Origin: a virus
Taxonomy: Duplodnaviria > Heunggongvirae > Uroviricota > Caudoviricetes
Direction: 5' to 3' (one strand)
IMG/VR virus record: IMGVR_UViG_2923302340_000005
Coordinates: 1 to 35,430 of that record
Length of the DNA stretch: 35,430 bases
The notes beneath the pieces are model-generated. The model was not told the origin of the DNA. It was given only the letters and a program-made list of their open reading frames with translations, and searched no databases. The position numbers and the translations under genes are program-made. Positions 17,278 to 27,255 of the stretch are shown piece by piece; the stretch's first letter is position 1; the number at the start of each line of letters is the position of its first letter.

Positions 17278-17380
17278 CGACTGACCCCGTCAGCGGGCGG
17301 CGTGCGCGGTGTTCCGGTTTGACTCCGTGACCGTTTACACCGCGCACCCACCGCCCGATTTTTTTCAGGAGTGAACCCCC

Positions 17381-17875
17381 ATGAGTATGGTTGCCAGAAC
17401 TGAACCAAGACCCGCAGAGGACGACATCACCGATACCGATGATGGTGATACCCGTATTTCAGCGGGTGCATTCTGGCCGGATATTGTGCTGCGTGAGCTG
17501 CGTCTGGCGATACGACTGCCGGGCCGTGTGACCACCTCCCGCCTGCTGCATACCGCCACCGGGGCAGTGGCACACGTTACCCGCGAGCTGGAAGCGTGGC
17601 AGCAGGAACAGCAGGCGGCTGGCCATCTGACGCTGGCCGATGTTCCGGCACCCGTAATTAACGGAGAAAGCGCCAATCTCTGGCACTGGCGCAATGCTGT
17701 TTATACCGCCACACGCGCCCTGATTCTGGAGCGTTACCGCGATGCGGACACAACGGACAAGGGCGACCGCAGGGCGGACGCACTGGATATACAGACATCG
17801 GATTTGTGGCGTGATGTGAGCTGGGCCATCTCTGACATTCTGTGCCGCCCGCGAATCTTTGCGGAGTTGTGCTGA
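17381..17875 (+). CDS. L: Head completion protein, P2 gpL-like
   Basis: 164 aa, AGGAG RBS, position between M and X. Confidence 0.8.
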   Translation: MSMVARTEPRPAEDDITDTDDGDTRISAGAFWPDIVLRELRLAIRLPGRVTTSRLLHTATGAVAHVTRELEAWQQEQQAAGHLTLADVPAPVINGESANLWHWRNAVYTATRALILERYRDADTTDKGDRRADALDIQTSDLWRDVSWAISDILCRPRIFAELC

Positions 17876-18075
17876 TGAAAGTAAAGGCACTGGAAGGCGA
17901 CACCGTGGATTCGCTCTGTTTCCGGTACTACGGCACGACGCAGGGCGTCACCGAAAAGGTGCTGGATGCCAACCCCGGACTCTGCCAGCAGGTATTTCTG
18001 GACGCCGGGCAGGACGTGGAGATGCCAGAGCCGGAGAAGAAGAAACGAGAAATGATTCAGTTGTGGGGGGAGTAG
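17875..18075 (+). CDS. X: Tail protein X (LysM-like), P2 gpX-like
   Basis: 66 aa from ATG 17875 overlapping the L stop (ATGA); matches P2 gpX (MK..AL.GDT.D..C.RYYG.T.GV.E.VL.ANPGL). Confidence 0.85.
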   Translation: MKVKALEGDTVDSLCFRYYGTTQGVTEKVLDANPGLCQQVFLDAGQDVEMPEPEKKKREMIQLWGE

Positions 18076-18077
18076 CA

Positions 18078-18401
18078 GTGAGCACCATTCAAACAGGGAT
18101 CACAGAGCAGGTTATTGCGTGGCTCTTTGACCACCTGCCAACGGTGTATGCAGTAGGCGCGGCGGTCAGCATTTCCGCGCTGATGAGTCTTTATGACGGA
18201 CGAACACTGGTTCAGACCGTAACGGGATCGCTGGCGTGCGGCGTTCTTGCCATGGCCGTGGCCGGGTCGTTGCGCTTCTTCGGGTTTCCTGAAGATGCCG
18301 TGACGTTTATCGGCGCATCAATCGGTTTTATGGGTGCAGAGAAAGCACGCGACAAGGTTATTGCGGCCTTTAATCGCAGGGTGAAGGAGAAGGACGAATG
18401 A
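18078..18401 (+). CDS. Putative holin
   Basis: GTG start 5 nt after a GGGGGGAG run; 107-aa product with about three hydrophobic helices and a charged C-terminus; first gene of the lysis cassette. Confidence 0.6.
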   Translation: MSTIQTGITEQVIAWLFDHLPTVYAVGAAVSISALMSLYDGRTLVQTVTGSLACGVLAMAVAGSLRFFGFPEDAVTFIGASIGFMGAEKARDKVIAAFNRRVKEKDE

Positions 18402-18790
18402 GCAACACATTTAAATTCAGCAGCCGGAGCGAAAAGAATTTGCAGGGCGTAAATCCTGATCTGGTGAAAGTGACCCGACGGGCACTGGAAATCTCGGAAG
18501 TGGATTTTGGTATCACCGAAGGGTTGCGCAGCCGTTACCGCCAGAAGCAACTGGTGGCCACGGGTAAGAGCCAGACCATGAACAGCCGCCACCTTACGGG
18601 GCATGCCGTGGATGTTGTGGCTTATATCGGCAGCCAGGTGTCATGGGAATGGCCGCTGTACGAAAAAATCGCAGCAGCATTCAGACAGGCCAGCCGGGAA
18701 CTGAATATTCCGGTGGAATGGGGCGGCGACTGGAAGACCCTGAAAGACGGACCGCATTTTCAGTTACCACACGGAGCCTATCCGGCATGA
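18398..18790 (+). CDS. Endolysin, peptidase M15 (L-alanyl-D-glutamate peptidase) type
   Basis: 130 aa; zinc-binding pattern SRHLTGHAVDV and small size typical of M15/VanY-like phage endolysins; AGGAG RBS. Confidence 0.75.
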   Translation: MSNTFKFSSRSEKNLQGVNPDLVKVTRRALEISEVDFGITEGLRSRYRQKQLVATGKSQTMNSRHLTGHAVDVVAYIGSQVSWEWPLYEKIAAAFRQASRELNIPVEWGGDWKTLKDGPHFQLPHGAYPA

Positions 18791-19194
18791 AGCTCTGGCC
18801 CACGCTGGGCGTCGCTTTCCTTCTGATTGCCGCATGGGGAACATCCATGCGTCTGTCGTGGTCGCTGGGCCGGGAGAACGCCAGAAACGAAGCGCAGGCC
18901 AGCACCCTGAAAAGTACCGTCGACACCCTGAATATCATCAGCACCGGGGTACAGGATATGCAGCAGGTGCTGGCGCAACTCCGCGTGGAAAATCAACAGA
19001 GAAATCAGGACGGAGAGGCCAGACGTGAACAGCTACGCAACGATATTGCAAAAGATGAATGCGCCCACGCTTTGCCTGACGCTCGTTTTACTGACAGGTT
19101 GCGCAGGCACGCAGAACGCGCCACTGCCAGCGCCGTCAGTCCGGCTTACACCGCAGACGCTGACCATACCGGTAATGCCTCCTCCCTTCCCTGA
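18787..19194 (+). CDS. Inner-membrane spanin (Rz/LysB-like)
   Basis: N-terminal transmembrane segment (LWPTLGVAFLLIAAW) then coiled-coil-like charged region; overlaps the endolysin stop; contains the embedded outer-membrane spanin gene. Confidence 0.65.
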   Translation: MKLWPTLGVAFLLIAAWGTSMRLSWSLGRENARNEAQASTLKSTVDTLNIISTGVQDMQQVLAQLRVENQQRNQDGEARREQLRNDIAKDECAHALPDARFTDRLRRHAERATASAVSPAYTADADHTGNASSLP

Positions 19195-19345
19195 CACTCC
19201 CACATGGGGAAATCTCGGTATATGGGGCGACCGCCTTCTGGATGCACTGGAAACCTGTAACGCGGATAAACGGGCCATTGAATTACTGGAACAGCGCAGG
19301 CTGCAACGACTGAACAACGAGGATAACAACCATGCTGAAAACTGA
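19025..19345 (+). CDS. Outer-membrane spanin lipoprotein (Rz1/LysC-like)
   Basis: Overlaps the end of the inner spanin gene in another frame; lipobox LLTGC after a hydrophobic signal segment; Pro-rich mature part. GTG 19025 has a GGAGAGG RBS; alternative ATG at 19055. Confidence 0.6.
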   Translation: MNSYATILQKMNAPTLCLTLVLLTGCAGTQNAPLPAPSVRLTPQTLTIPVMPPPFPDTPTWGNLGIWGDRLLDALETCNADKRAIELLEQRRLQRLNNEDNNHAEN

Positions 19346-19799
19346 TTCCCTGCGTGAAGCCATGACCCGTTCATGCCGATGGTGTCAGGCTAACCCGGAA
19401 AAATTCACCATTTTCGTGGAGAGCGGCAACATTGAAACGACCGGAGAAACGCCCTCGTTTGTTTACCGCTATCAGATGGTGATGTTTGTCATGGATTACG
19501 CCGGGGAGCTGGACGACCTCACGCTGCCGCTGCTGGCGTGGTTATCCGAAAATCAGCCACAGTTGTTGCTCAACCCTGAGCGTAATCAGGACATCAAATT
19601 CTCCGCCGTTATCAATGACGATGACAGCGCCGATCTCCTGTTTACGCTCCCCCTGCGGGAACGCGTTCGCATCACGCGCAGCAGTCAGGGCACACCGCAG
19701 GCAGAACACCTGCCGGAGCCAAAACCCCGCCTGCCATCTTCCGAAGGCGACTGGTCGCATGTATTCCAGGATGTGACGTGGGGTGAAAGCGATGGATAA
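19332..19799 (+). CDS. R: Tail completion protein, P2 gpR-like
   Basis: 155 aa, same length as P2 gpR; shared N-terminal motif MLK.DSLR and PLLAWL.EN.P. Confidence 0.8.
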   Translation: MLKTDSLREAMTRSCRWCQANPEKFTIFVESGNIETTGETPSFVYRYQMVMFVMDYAGELDDLTLPLLAWLSENQPQLLLNPERNQDIKFSAVINDDDSADLLFTLPLRERVRITRSSQGTPQAEHLPEPKPRLPSSEGDWSHVFQDVTWGESDG

Positions 19800-20427
19800 G
19801 GCATTCACCCGCGTGGATGAAACCTTTGAGGCCATCCGCGACAGCCTGAATCAGCAGGCCATCAATAACATCGCCAGAAAGCTGGCACAGGATTTACGCC
19901 GCGCCCAGCAGGCGCGTATCCGGTCACAGAAAGCGCCGGACGGGACCGCGTGGACACCACGCAGACGCCGCGTAACCCGGATACAGGAACGCATTCGCTT
20001 TATCTGGAATAACGAAGCACGCACGCTGAAAAACTGGCATCACGACACGGGGAAATACGGGCGAACCATTACCGGGTGGGATGAGGATAAAAACAATATC
20101 CGCACGTTTTACCGGGATGACATCGACCGTTTTCTGGAAATACGCACCCGGCGCATCAACCAGGACAGCACAAAGCGCGTCCCCATGTTCGTAAAACTGC
20201 GCACCGCCCGCTACCTGAAAGCCCGTGCAGATGCTTCCGGTGTGACGGTGGGTTACAGCGGCGTGGCCGCACGTATTGCCCGCGTTCATCAGTTCGGTGA
20301 GCGCGATCAGGTTGCGCCGGGCATTTTCACCGATTACCCGGTACGTGAGCTGTTGGGTATCAGCCAGGCAGATGAGCGCCTGATTTATAACACGGTGCTG
20401 GGCCGGATTGCGGAGGCTGTACGGTGA
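19792..20427 (+). CDS. S: Tail completion / virion morphogenesis protein, P2 gpS-like
   Basis: Position between R and V; start ATG 19792 (track gives 19783). Confidence 0.7.
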   Translation: MDKAFTRVDETFEAIRDSLNQQAINNIARKLAQDLRRAQQARIRSQKAPDGTAWTPRRRRVTRIQERIRFIWNNEARTLKNWHHDTGKYGRTITGWDEDKNNIRTFYRDDIDRFLEIRTRRINQDSTKRVPMFVKLRTARYLKARADASGVTVGYSGVAARIARVHQFGERDQVAPGIFTDYPVRELLGISQADERLIYNTVLGRIAEAVR

Positions 20428-21005
20428 GCGCAGAACTCATGCGACTGCTGAGCAACATCATCCGTACCGGGATCATCTCTGAAGTTGATGAGGAATCCTG
20501 GTGCGTGCGCGTTCGCAGCGGCGAACTGGAAACAGGCTGGCTGCGCTGGAACACCACGCGCGCGGGAGCCTTCAATGTGTGGCTGCCGCCATCACCAGGC
20601 GAACAGGTGGTAATTGCCTGCATTGGCGGCAACCCGGAAACCGCCATGATAATTGGCAGCCTGTGGAGTGATGCCAGTCCGGCCCCCGGCAAAAGCCTGA
20701 ACGAAATCGTGATCAGCGCGCCGGACGGCGCGGTGTTCCGCTACGACGCGGACGCAGGCGCACTGAGCGCCAGCGGCATGAAAACGGCCACCCTGCAGGC
20801 ATCCGTCAGCGTGACACTGGACACGCCCGTCGTGGAATGCACAGACCTTCTGAGAACAGCGACGCTTGACGTCACAAAAGGGGGAAAGATGAGCGGCAAT
20901 ATCACGCACAGCGGCGGCAATTTCACCTCAAACGGCATCACAGTGCATACGCATAAACACGGTGGCGTTAAAGGTGGCAGCGATTCGACAGGAGGCCCGC
21001 AATGA
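20424..21005 (+). CDS. V: Baseplate spike protein, P2 gpV-like
   Basis: 193 aa; matches P2 gpV (IRTGII, VTLDTP.V.CT, KGG.M.GNI.H.GG...SNG...HTHKH); GTG start with GGAGG RBS. Confidence 0.85.
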   Translation: MSAELMRLLSNIIRTGIISEVDEESWCVRVRSGELETGWLRWNTTRAGAFNVWLPPSPGEQVVIACIGGNPETAMIIGSLWSDASPAPGKSLNEIVISAPDGAVFRYDADAGALSASGMKTATLQASVSVTLDTPVVECTDLLRTATLDVTKGGKMSGNITHSGGNFTSNGITVHTHKHGGVKGGSDSTGGPQ

Positions 21006-21352
21006 CAACCCGCTACACAGGAATGAACCCGGACAGAACGGGAAACCTGAACGATACGGAGCACCTGAAACAGTCAGTCAGGGACATCCTGACCACCCCG
21101 CTGGCCAGCCGGGTTATGCGACGGGAATATGGCAGCCTTGTGCCTGATTTGATTGACGAACCCATGAATAACACCACGCGTCTGCAATGCATGAGTGCTG
21201 CCGTGATTGCACTGACGCGATGGGAACCCCGCATTGCCCTGGATGCCATCGACGTTGTCTGGAAGGCAGGAGGCCGCGCCGGGGTGACGCTGTCGGGCAC
21301 TGTTATGCAGACCATGCAGAATGTTGAGTTAACCATCACGCTGAGGGAGTAA
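21002..21352 (+). CDS. W: Baseplate wedge protein, P2 gpW-like (GPW/gp25 family)
   Basis: 116 aa; position and size; start overlaps the V stop. Confidence 0.8.
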   Translation: MTTRYTGMNPDRTGNLNDTEHLKQSVRDILTTPLASRVMRREYGSLVPDLIDEPMNNTTRLQCMSAAVIALTRWEPRIALDAIDVVWKAGGRAGVTLSGTVMQTMQNVELTITLRE

Positions 21353-21355
21353 ATC

Positions 21356-22252
21356 ATGCCTGCTGTTGACCTTTCCCAGTTACCGGAACCCGCCATCATC
21401 GCGGAGCCTGATTTTGAGGCAATTCTGGCTGACACAAAGGCCATGATGATTGCGGCTTATCCCGCCGAACAGCGTGAAGCCGTCTCCGCCGCGCTGGAGC
21501 TGGAATCGGAACCCCTGAACGTTATCGCCCAGACAACAGCGTTTCGTGAAATGCTGTTACGCCAGCGGGTCAATGAGGGGGCACGGGCCTGCATGTTAAG
21601 CCACAGCACCGGGACAGACCTGGACAACCTCGCGGGCAATATGAACACAAAGCGCCTGACCATCACTCCGGCAACGGATACCACCGACGCGGTGATGGAG
21701 AGTGACACCTCGCTGAGACTGCGGGCGCAGCGGGCGTACGACGGCCTGAGTGTTGCTGGCCCGTCAGGTGCATACGAGTATTTTGCCCGCAGCGCCAGCG
21801 GTCTGGTGCGTGATGCGCGGGCTATCAGTCCGTCTCCGGCCAACGTGACGGTTTCCATCCTGTCCACTGAAGGCGACGGCACAGCAACGGAGGCGTTGCT
21901 TAATACCGTTCGTGCCGTTCTGAATGCAGAGGATACCCGCCCGGTGGCCGACCGCCTGACCGTACAGAGTGCCAGAATCGTGACATGGCGGCTGAATGCA
22001 AAACTGTACTTTTATCCCGGCCCGGAATCCGAACCTATTCTGGCTGCGGCTGAATCGTCGTTCAGGAAGTGGCTGGCTGAGCAGGGGCTTATCGGTCAGG
22101 ACGTGGCGTTGTCCGCCATTGCTGCCGCACTGCATGTGCACGGTGTGCAACGCGTGGAGATAATCGAACCCACACAGAATATGGCCATCAGCGACATACA
22201 GGCGGCGCGCTGTGAGTCATTCACCATCAGCGAAGGTGGACGCAATGAGTAA
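21356..22252 (+). CDS. J: Baseplate assembly protein, P2 gpJ-like
   Basis: 298 aa; position between W and I. Confidence 0.8.
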   Translation: MPAVDLSQLPEPAIIAEPDFEAILADTKAMMIAAYPAEQREAVSAALELESEPLNVIAQTTAFREMLLRQRVNEGARACMLSHSTGTDLDNLAGNMNTKRLTITPATDTTDAVMESDTSLRLRAQRAYDGLSVAGPSGAYEYFARSASGLVRDARAISPSPANVTVSILSTEGDGTATEALLNTVRAVLNAEDTRPVADRLTVQSARIVTWRLNAKLYFYPGPESEPILAAAESSFRKWLAEQGLIGQDVALSAIAAALHVHGVQRVEIIEPTQNMAISDIQAARCESFTISEGGRNE

Positions 22253-22772
22253 TTCGTTGTTACCACCATCAGCCAGCAATTTCATGCGTTGTGCCGAAGC
22301 CGTCGGAACACGCATTACAGACATTCCGGTAGACCTCAACACGCTGTGGTCGCCGGACACCTGCCCGGTGCATCTGCTGCCTTATCTCGCCTGGGCGTTT
22401 TCCGTTGACCGCTGGGATCGCAACTGGCCGGAAGAGACAAAGCGACAGGTTATTCGTGATGCATGGCTGACACACCGACACAAAGGGACCATCAGCGCAC
22501 TGCGCCGGGCCATTGAGCCGCTGGGATACCTCATTCGCGTGTCTGAGTGGTGGGAGTTCGGCGGCGAACCCGGAACATTCAAGGTTGATGTTGGCACGCT
22601 GGACAGTGGTGTGACTGAGGAAATGTATCTGGAAATGGAACGGCTGATTGCCGATGCCAAACCCGCAAGTCGCCACCTTATCGGCCTGAACATTATCCAG
22701 GACATTCCCGGCTATCTGTATACAGGCGGTGTGGTCTGTGATGGTGATGTTATTACTGTTTATCCCGGATAA
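22245..22772 (+). CDS. I: Baseplate protein, P2 gpI-like
   Basis: Start ATG 22245 overlapping the J stop; 175 aa; position before tail fibre gene H. Confidence 0.75.
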   Translation: MSNSLLPPSASNFMRCAEAVGTRITDIPVDLNTLWSPDTCPVHLLPYLAWAFSVDRWDRNWPEETKRQVIRDAWLTHRHKGTISALRRAIEPLGYLIRVSEWWEFGGEPGTFKVDVGTLDSGVTEEMYLEMERLIADAKPASRHLIGLNIIQDIPGYLYTGGVVCDGDVITVYPG

Positions 22773-22782
22773 GTGAGAAACA

Positions 22783-25440
22783 ATGAGCACGAAATTTAAA
22801 ACCGTTATCACTACTGCCGGAGCCGCGAAGCTGGCAGCCGCCACCGTCCCCGGCGGGAAAAAAGTAAACCTGTCTGCAATGGCCGTGGGTGACGGTAATG
22901 GCAAATTGCCGGTGCCGGATGCCGGTCAGACGAAACTGGTGCATGAGGTCTGGCGTCACGCTCTGAATAAAGTCAGCGTGGATAACAAGAATAAAAACTA
23001 TATCGTGGCTGAACTGGTTGTACCGCCCGAAGTGGGCGGCTTCTGGATGCGTGAGCTTGGTCTGTATGACGATGCCGGAACACTGATTGCGGTATCCAAC
23101 ATGGCAGAAAGCTATAAGCCAGAACTGGCTGAAGGCTCCGGACGTGCGCAGACCTGCCGCATGGTTATTATTGTCAGCAACGTGGCGTCCGTTGAGCTGA
23201 GTATTGATGCCAGCACAGTGATGGCGACGCAGGATTACGTCGATGATAAAATCGCAGAGCATGAGCAATCCCGCCGCCATCCTGACGCCACGCTGACAGA
23301 AAAAGGTTTTACTCAGTTAAGCAGTGCAACAAACAGCACCAGTGAAAAGCTGGCGGCAACGCCAAAAGCGGTCAAGGCAGCAAATGACAACGCAAATTCA
23401 CGTCTGGCGAAAAATCAGAACGGTGCAGATATCCAGGATAAATCAGCTTTTCTGGACAATATTGGTGTTACCAGCCTGACGTTTATGAAAAACAACGGCG
23501 AAATGCCGCTTGATGCTGACTTGAATACATTTGGTCCCGTTAAGGCTTATCTTGGCATCTGGTCTAAAGCAACATCCACCAACGCAACACTGGAGAAAAA
23601 TTTCCCGGAAGATAATGCTGTCGGTGTGCTTGAGGTTTTTGCAGCTGGCAATTTTGCAGGCACACAACGTTTTATCACGAGAGACGGCAATGTATACATG
23701 CGTAAACTCGTCAATAAGTGGAATGGCACTGATGGTCCGTGGGGCGTATGGCGTCACACTCAATCAGCTACCCGCCCTTTGAGTACGACTATAGACCTGA
23801 ATACGCTTGGAGCCGCTGAGCATCTTGGTTTATGGCGTAACAGTAGCTCGGCTATAGCTTCATATGAACGCAATTATCCAGAGGAAGGCGGCTTTGCTCA
23901 GGGGACGCTTGAGATCCTCGAAGGCGGGAATTATGGAAGAACGCAACGTTATACCACTCGTCGTGGGAATATGTACGTTCGCTGCCTTGCGGCAAGCTGG
24001 GATGCATCAAATCCGCAGTGGGAACCGTGGTTAAGAGTCGGTCATCAGTCAGAGAGCCGTTATTACGAAGGTGATTTGAATGTTCTAACCGACCCCGGTA
24101 TTTACAGTGTTACAGGAAAGGCGACAAACGGTCCGATTCTGGACGCTGCTGGGGCGACATTGCTTGGGATACTGGAAGTAATCAGGCGTTTTGATGGTGT
24201 ATCTGTCTGGCAGCGTTACACAACAACAGGGAGATCAAAAACCACACAGGGGCGCACTTTTGAGCGCGTCTACGCCGGGAGCACATGGACCGAATGGCGA
24301 GAAGTGTATAACTCCTTTTCGTTGCCCCTGAATATGGGGATCGGTGGCGCAGTGGCAAAACTCACCAGCCTGGACTGGCAGACCTACGATTTTGTGCCGG
24401 GCAGTCTGATAACCGTTCAGCTTGATAACATGACCAATATTCCCGACGGTATGGACTGGGGCGTCATTGATGGCAACCTGATAAACATCGCAGTTGGTCC
24501 GAGTGATGATTCCGGTACGGGGCGCTCAATGCATGTATGGCGCAGCACTGTAAGTAAAGCGAATTACCGCTTTTTTATGGTTCGCATTTCAGGAAATCCG
24601 GGAAGCCGCACGATTACGACAAGACGTGTGCCAATTATCGACGAAGCTCAGACATGGGCGGCGAAACAGACATTCAGCGGTGGTCTTTCAGGCGAACTAT
24701 CCGGCAATGCTGCTACAGCAACAAAGCTGAAAACGGCAAGGACAATTAACGGCGTAAAATTTGACGGCTCGGCAAATATTGAAGCGTTTCCGCCAGGTGT
24801 TCCGCTGCCGTGGCCATCAGATACACCACCTGCAGGTTATGCAATCATGCAGGGGCAGACGTTTGATAAGGCAGCATATCCGAAACTGGCTATTGCCTAT
24901 CCTTCTGGTGTTATTCCAGATATGCGCGGCTGGACAATCAAGGGCAAACCCGCCAGTGGTCGGGCCGTATTGTCTCAGGAACAGGATGGCATTAAATCGC
25001 ACACCCACAGTGCCAGCGCATCCAATACGGATTTGGGTACGAAAACCACATCGTCGTTTGATTACGGTACTAAATCAACGAATAACACAGGTGCACATAC
25101 CCATAATGTATCTGGTACTGCAAATAGTGCTGGCGCACATACTCATACCGTTCCATTAAGGAGACCAAACAGTGGCGGTATGAATTTCGACTGGCTGGAT
25201 GGTTCATCAAGTGGCACGGTGGTGGGGAATGGAACTGTGCCTTCTTCTGGCGCACATACCCACTCAGTATCAGGTACCGCTACAAGTGCTGGGGCACATG
25301 CACACACTGTTGGTATTGGCGCTCATACGCACTCTGTTGCGATTGGTTCACATGGACACACCATCACCGTTAACGCTGCTGGTAACGCGGAAAACACCGT
25401 TAAAAACATCGCATTTAATTATATTGTGAGGCTTGCATAA
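22783..25440 (+). CDS. H: Tail fibre protein, P2 gpH-like with His-box C-terminal repeats
   Basis: 885 aa; conserved P2 H-type N-terminus ([18 protein letters not shown]); C-terminal 150 aa carries repeated GAHTHxVSGTAxSAGAHxHTV modules. Confidence 0.85.
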   Translation: MSTKFKTVITTAGAAKLAAATVPGGKKVNLSAMAVGDGNGKLPVPDAGQTKLVHEVWRHALNKVSVDNKNKNYIVAELVVPPEVGGFWMRELGLYDDAGTLIAVSNMAESYKPELAEGSGRAQTCRMVIIVSNVASVELSIDASTVMATQDYVDDKIAEHEQSRRHPDATLTEKGFTQLSSATNSTSEKLAATPKAVKAANDNANSRLAKNQNGADIQDKSAFLDNIGVTSLTFMKNNGEMPLDADLNTFGPVKAYLGIWSKATSTNATLEKNFPEDNAVGVLEVFAAGNFAGTQRFITRDGNVYMRKLVNKWNGTDGPWGVWRHTQSATRPLSTTIDLNTLGAAEHLGLWRNSSSAIASYERNYPEEGGFAQGTLEILEGGNYGRTQRYTTRRGNMYVRCLAASWDASNPQWEPWLRVGHQSESRYYEGDLNVLTDPGIYSVTGKATNGPILDAAGATLLGILEVIRRFDGVSVWQRYTTTGRSKTTQGRTFERVYAGSTWTEWREVYNSFSLPLNMGIGGAVAKLTSLDWQTYDFVPGSLITVQLDNMTNIPDGMDWGVIDGNLINIAVGPSDDSGTGRSMHVWRSTVSKANYRFFMVRISGNPGSRTITTRRVPIIDEAQTWAAKQTFSGGLSGELSGNAATATKLKTARTINGVKFDGSANIEAFPPGVPLPWPSDTPPAGYAIMQGQTFDKAAYPKLAIAYPSGVIPDMRGWTIKGKPASGRAVLSQEQDGIKSHTHSASASNTDLGTKTTSSFDYGTKSTNNTGAHTHNVSGTANSAGAHTHTVPLRRPNSGGMNFDWLDGSSSGTVVGNGTVPSSGAHTHSVSGTATSAGAHAHTVGIGAHTHSVAIGSHGHTITVNAAGNAENTVKNIAFNYIVRLA

Positions 25441-26057
25441 TGGCATTCAGAATGAGTGAACAATCACGTACCGTAAAAATTTATAACCTGCTGGCCGGAA
25501 CTAATGAGTTTATTGGTGAAGGTGACGCATATATTCCACCTCATACAGGGCTGCCAGCTAATTCTACAGATATCGCCCCACCGGAAATTCCTGCTGGCTT
25601 TGTGGCAGTTTTTAACAGTGAAAATGAATCGTGGAATATTGTTGAAGACCATCGTGGTAAAACGGTCTATGACGTGGCGTCGGGGGACGCATTGTTTATT
25701 TCTGAACTCGGACCGCTATCAGAGAATGTCACCTGGTTGTCGCCAGCAGGGGAGTATCAGAAGTGGGACGGCGTATCCTGGGTGAAGGATGAGGAAGCAG
25801 AAAAACTGTTTCGGATACGGGAAGCGGAAGAGAAAAAGGCAAGGTTGATCCAGGAAGCAACAGATAACATCGCAATTCTGCAGGATGCAGTTAATCTTGA
25901 AATAGCAACAAACGAGGAAAATTCACAACTGGATTCCTGGAGAAAATACAGAGTATTAGTGAGTAGAATTGACACCAGTACAGCTCCGGATATCGTATGG
26001 CCAGAGCTGATGAATCAGGGTTATGTTCGGGAGGACGAGCAGATAACTTCAGACTGA
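25440..26057 (+). CDS. G: Tail fibre assembly chaperone, P2 gpG-like
   Basis: 205 aa; start overlaps the H stop (TAATG); typical Tfa N-terminus ([34 protein letters not shown]). Confidence 0.8.
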   Translation: MAFRMSEQSRTVKIYNLLAGTNEFIGEGDAYIPPHTGLPANSTDIAPPEIPAGFVAVFNSENESWNIVEDHRGKTVYDVASGDALFISELGPLSENVTWLSPAGEYQKWDGVSWVKDEEAEKLFRIREAEEKKARLIQEATDNIAILQDAVNLEIATNEENSQLDSWRKYRVLVSRIDTSTAPDIVWPELMNQGYVREDEQITSD

Positions 26058-26584
26058 AATTTAGTGATGAATGTTGAATCATCAGGAATATCATGCAATA
26101 CCAATGCATGAGCACCTATTGTGACATTGTTTCCTATACGCACTTTGCCACCAAGAATGGTGGCATTACAACCAATGGTCACATTATGCCCTATAACAAT
26201 ATCCATATCATTAAATTCCCCGCGAAGTCCAATAGTTACTCCGGGCTTAATTGAACAATTTTCACCGATTGTTACTTTGTGACCGATAACAACACTGTTG
26301 AGATAAGAAATATCAAAGCCTTTCCCTATATTTACAGTTAAAGGGACTGTTACATTATATTTATCAAGAATGAAACGTTCTATTTTTCCCGCAATCTTCC
26401 GACAGTATCCGCCTTTATCAAAAAGGTATTTGGCTATGCGCCACCAAAATAAATAACGAAGTCTTCTATGTTTTATTGCGCGAACAATTGCCTTTCGCCA
26501 GGAGAAAGGACGCTCGCTACCGATTACTTCATAGTGAATACAGTCTTTAAGTTCATTAATATTCATATCTCTATTATTCAGCAT
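26021..26584 (-). CDS. Hexapeptide-repeat (left-handed beta-helix) O-acetyltransferase, WcaB/CysE-like; cargo gene at the Z/fun position
   Basis: 187 aa; N-terminal helical segment then tandem hexapeptide repeats ([43 protein letters not shown]); visibly AT-rich against its neighbours; weak RBS; 3' end overlaps the G stop by 37 bp. Confidence 0.7.
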   Translation of the reverse strand: MLNNRDMNINELKDCIHYEVIGSERPFSWRKAIVRAIKHRRLRYLFWWRIAKYLFDKGGYCRKIAGKIERFILDKYNVTVPLTVNIGKGFDISYLNSVVIGHKVTIGENCSIKPGVTIGLRGEFNDMDIVIGHNVTIGCNATILGGKVRIGNNVTIGAHALVLHDIPDDSTFITKFQSEVICSSSRT

Positions 26585-26754
26585 AAGATAATCATGTGAC
26601 CAATTATTGTAATAATTTTAATGGTATGTTTCTACTGGCTATCCAGCGTGTCTGATACCCAGTAACAAATCGTTAATACGGGGGCAATCAAATGGTGAGT
26701 GTTAAGACTGGCCACTTATTACCAGGTATGAGGGTATGAGTGGCCAGCATTAAA

Positions 26755-27249
26755 TCAGAACAGTCCTTTAACTGAACTGGCCGCGCTGTTAAGGGATGAT
26801 GTCACTTTATCTTTGAAGCCGGACAGCATATCGCTGAACGATGAGGATTGCAGGCGCTCCCGCAAATCCTCATCACAGCGTTCAAGGGTCAGTGAAAATT
26901 CTATCTTTTTCGCCTTACCGTAGCGATCAAACTCGGAGCGGGTCGTATTCGTTTCAGTCAGTACATACATGCCGTAAATCTGCCCGACACCATCAATCAG
27001 AGGCCAGGGGCGTCCTGTATACGCCTGCGTGGTCAGCAACGAAAGCGACACTTCGCCACCTGTAATTTCAGGATAAAGCACGCCGGAAAGCACGATGCGA
27101 TCATCACCTGCACCGATATACTGCCAGCTTGCTGAGCAGTTAACGCGTTCATTTTTCACATGCCGCCAGCTTTTGTTTTGCTGTAACTGCTGATGCGGCA
27201 GCGTGCGCAGCTCAAAAACAAACATGCCGTAGATCATCATCATGGCCAT
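26755..27249 (-). CDS. U: Tail protein, P2 gpU-like
   Basis: 164 aa; close match to P2 gpU (GMFVF.LRT.P.QQLQ, LSGVL.PEITGG, KIEFSL). Confidence 0.85.
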   Translation of the reverse strand: MAMMMIYGMFVFELRTLPHQQLQQNKSWRHVKNERVNCSASWQYIGAGDDRIVLSGVLYPEITGGEVSLSLLTTQAYTGRPWPLIDGVGQIYGMYVLTETNTTRSEFDRYGKAKKIEFSLTLERCDEDLRERLQSSSFSDMLSGFKDKVTSSLNSAASSVKGLF

Positions 27250-27255
27250 GACTCC

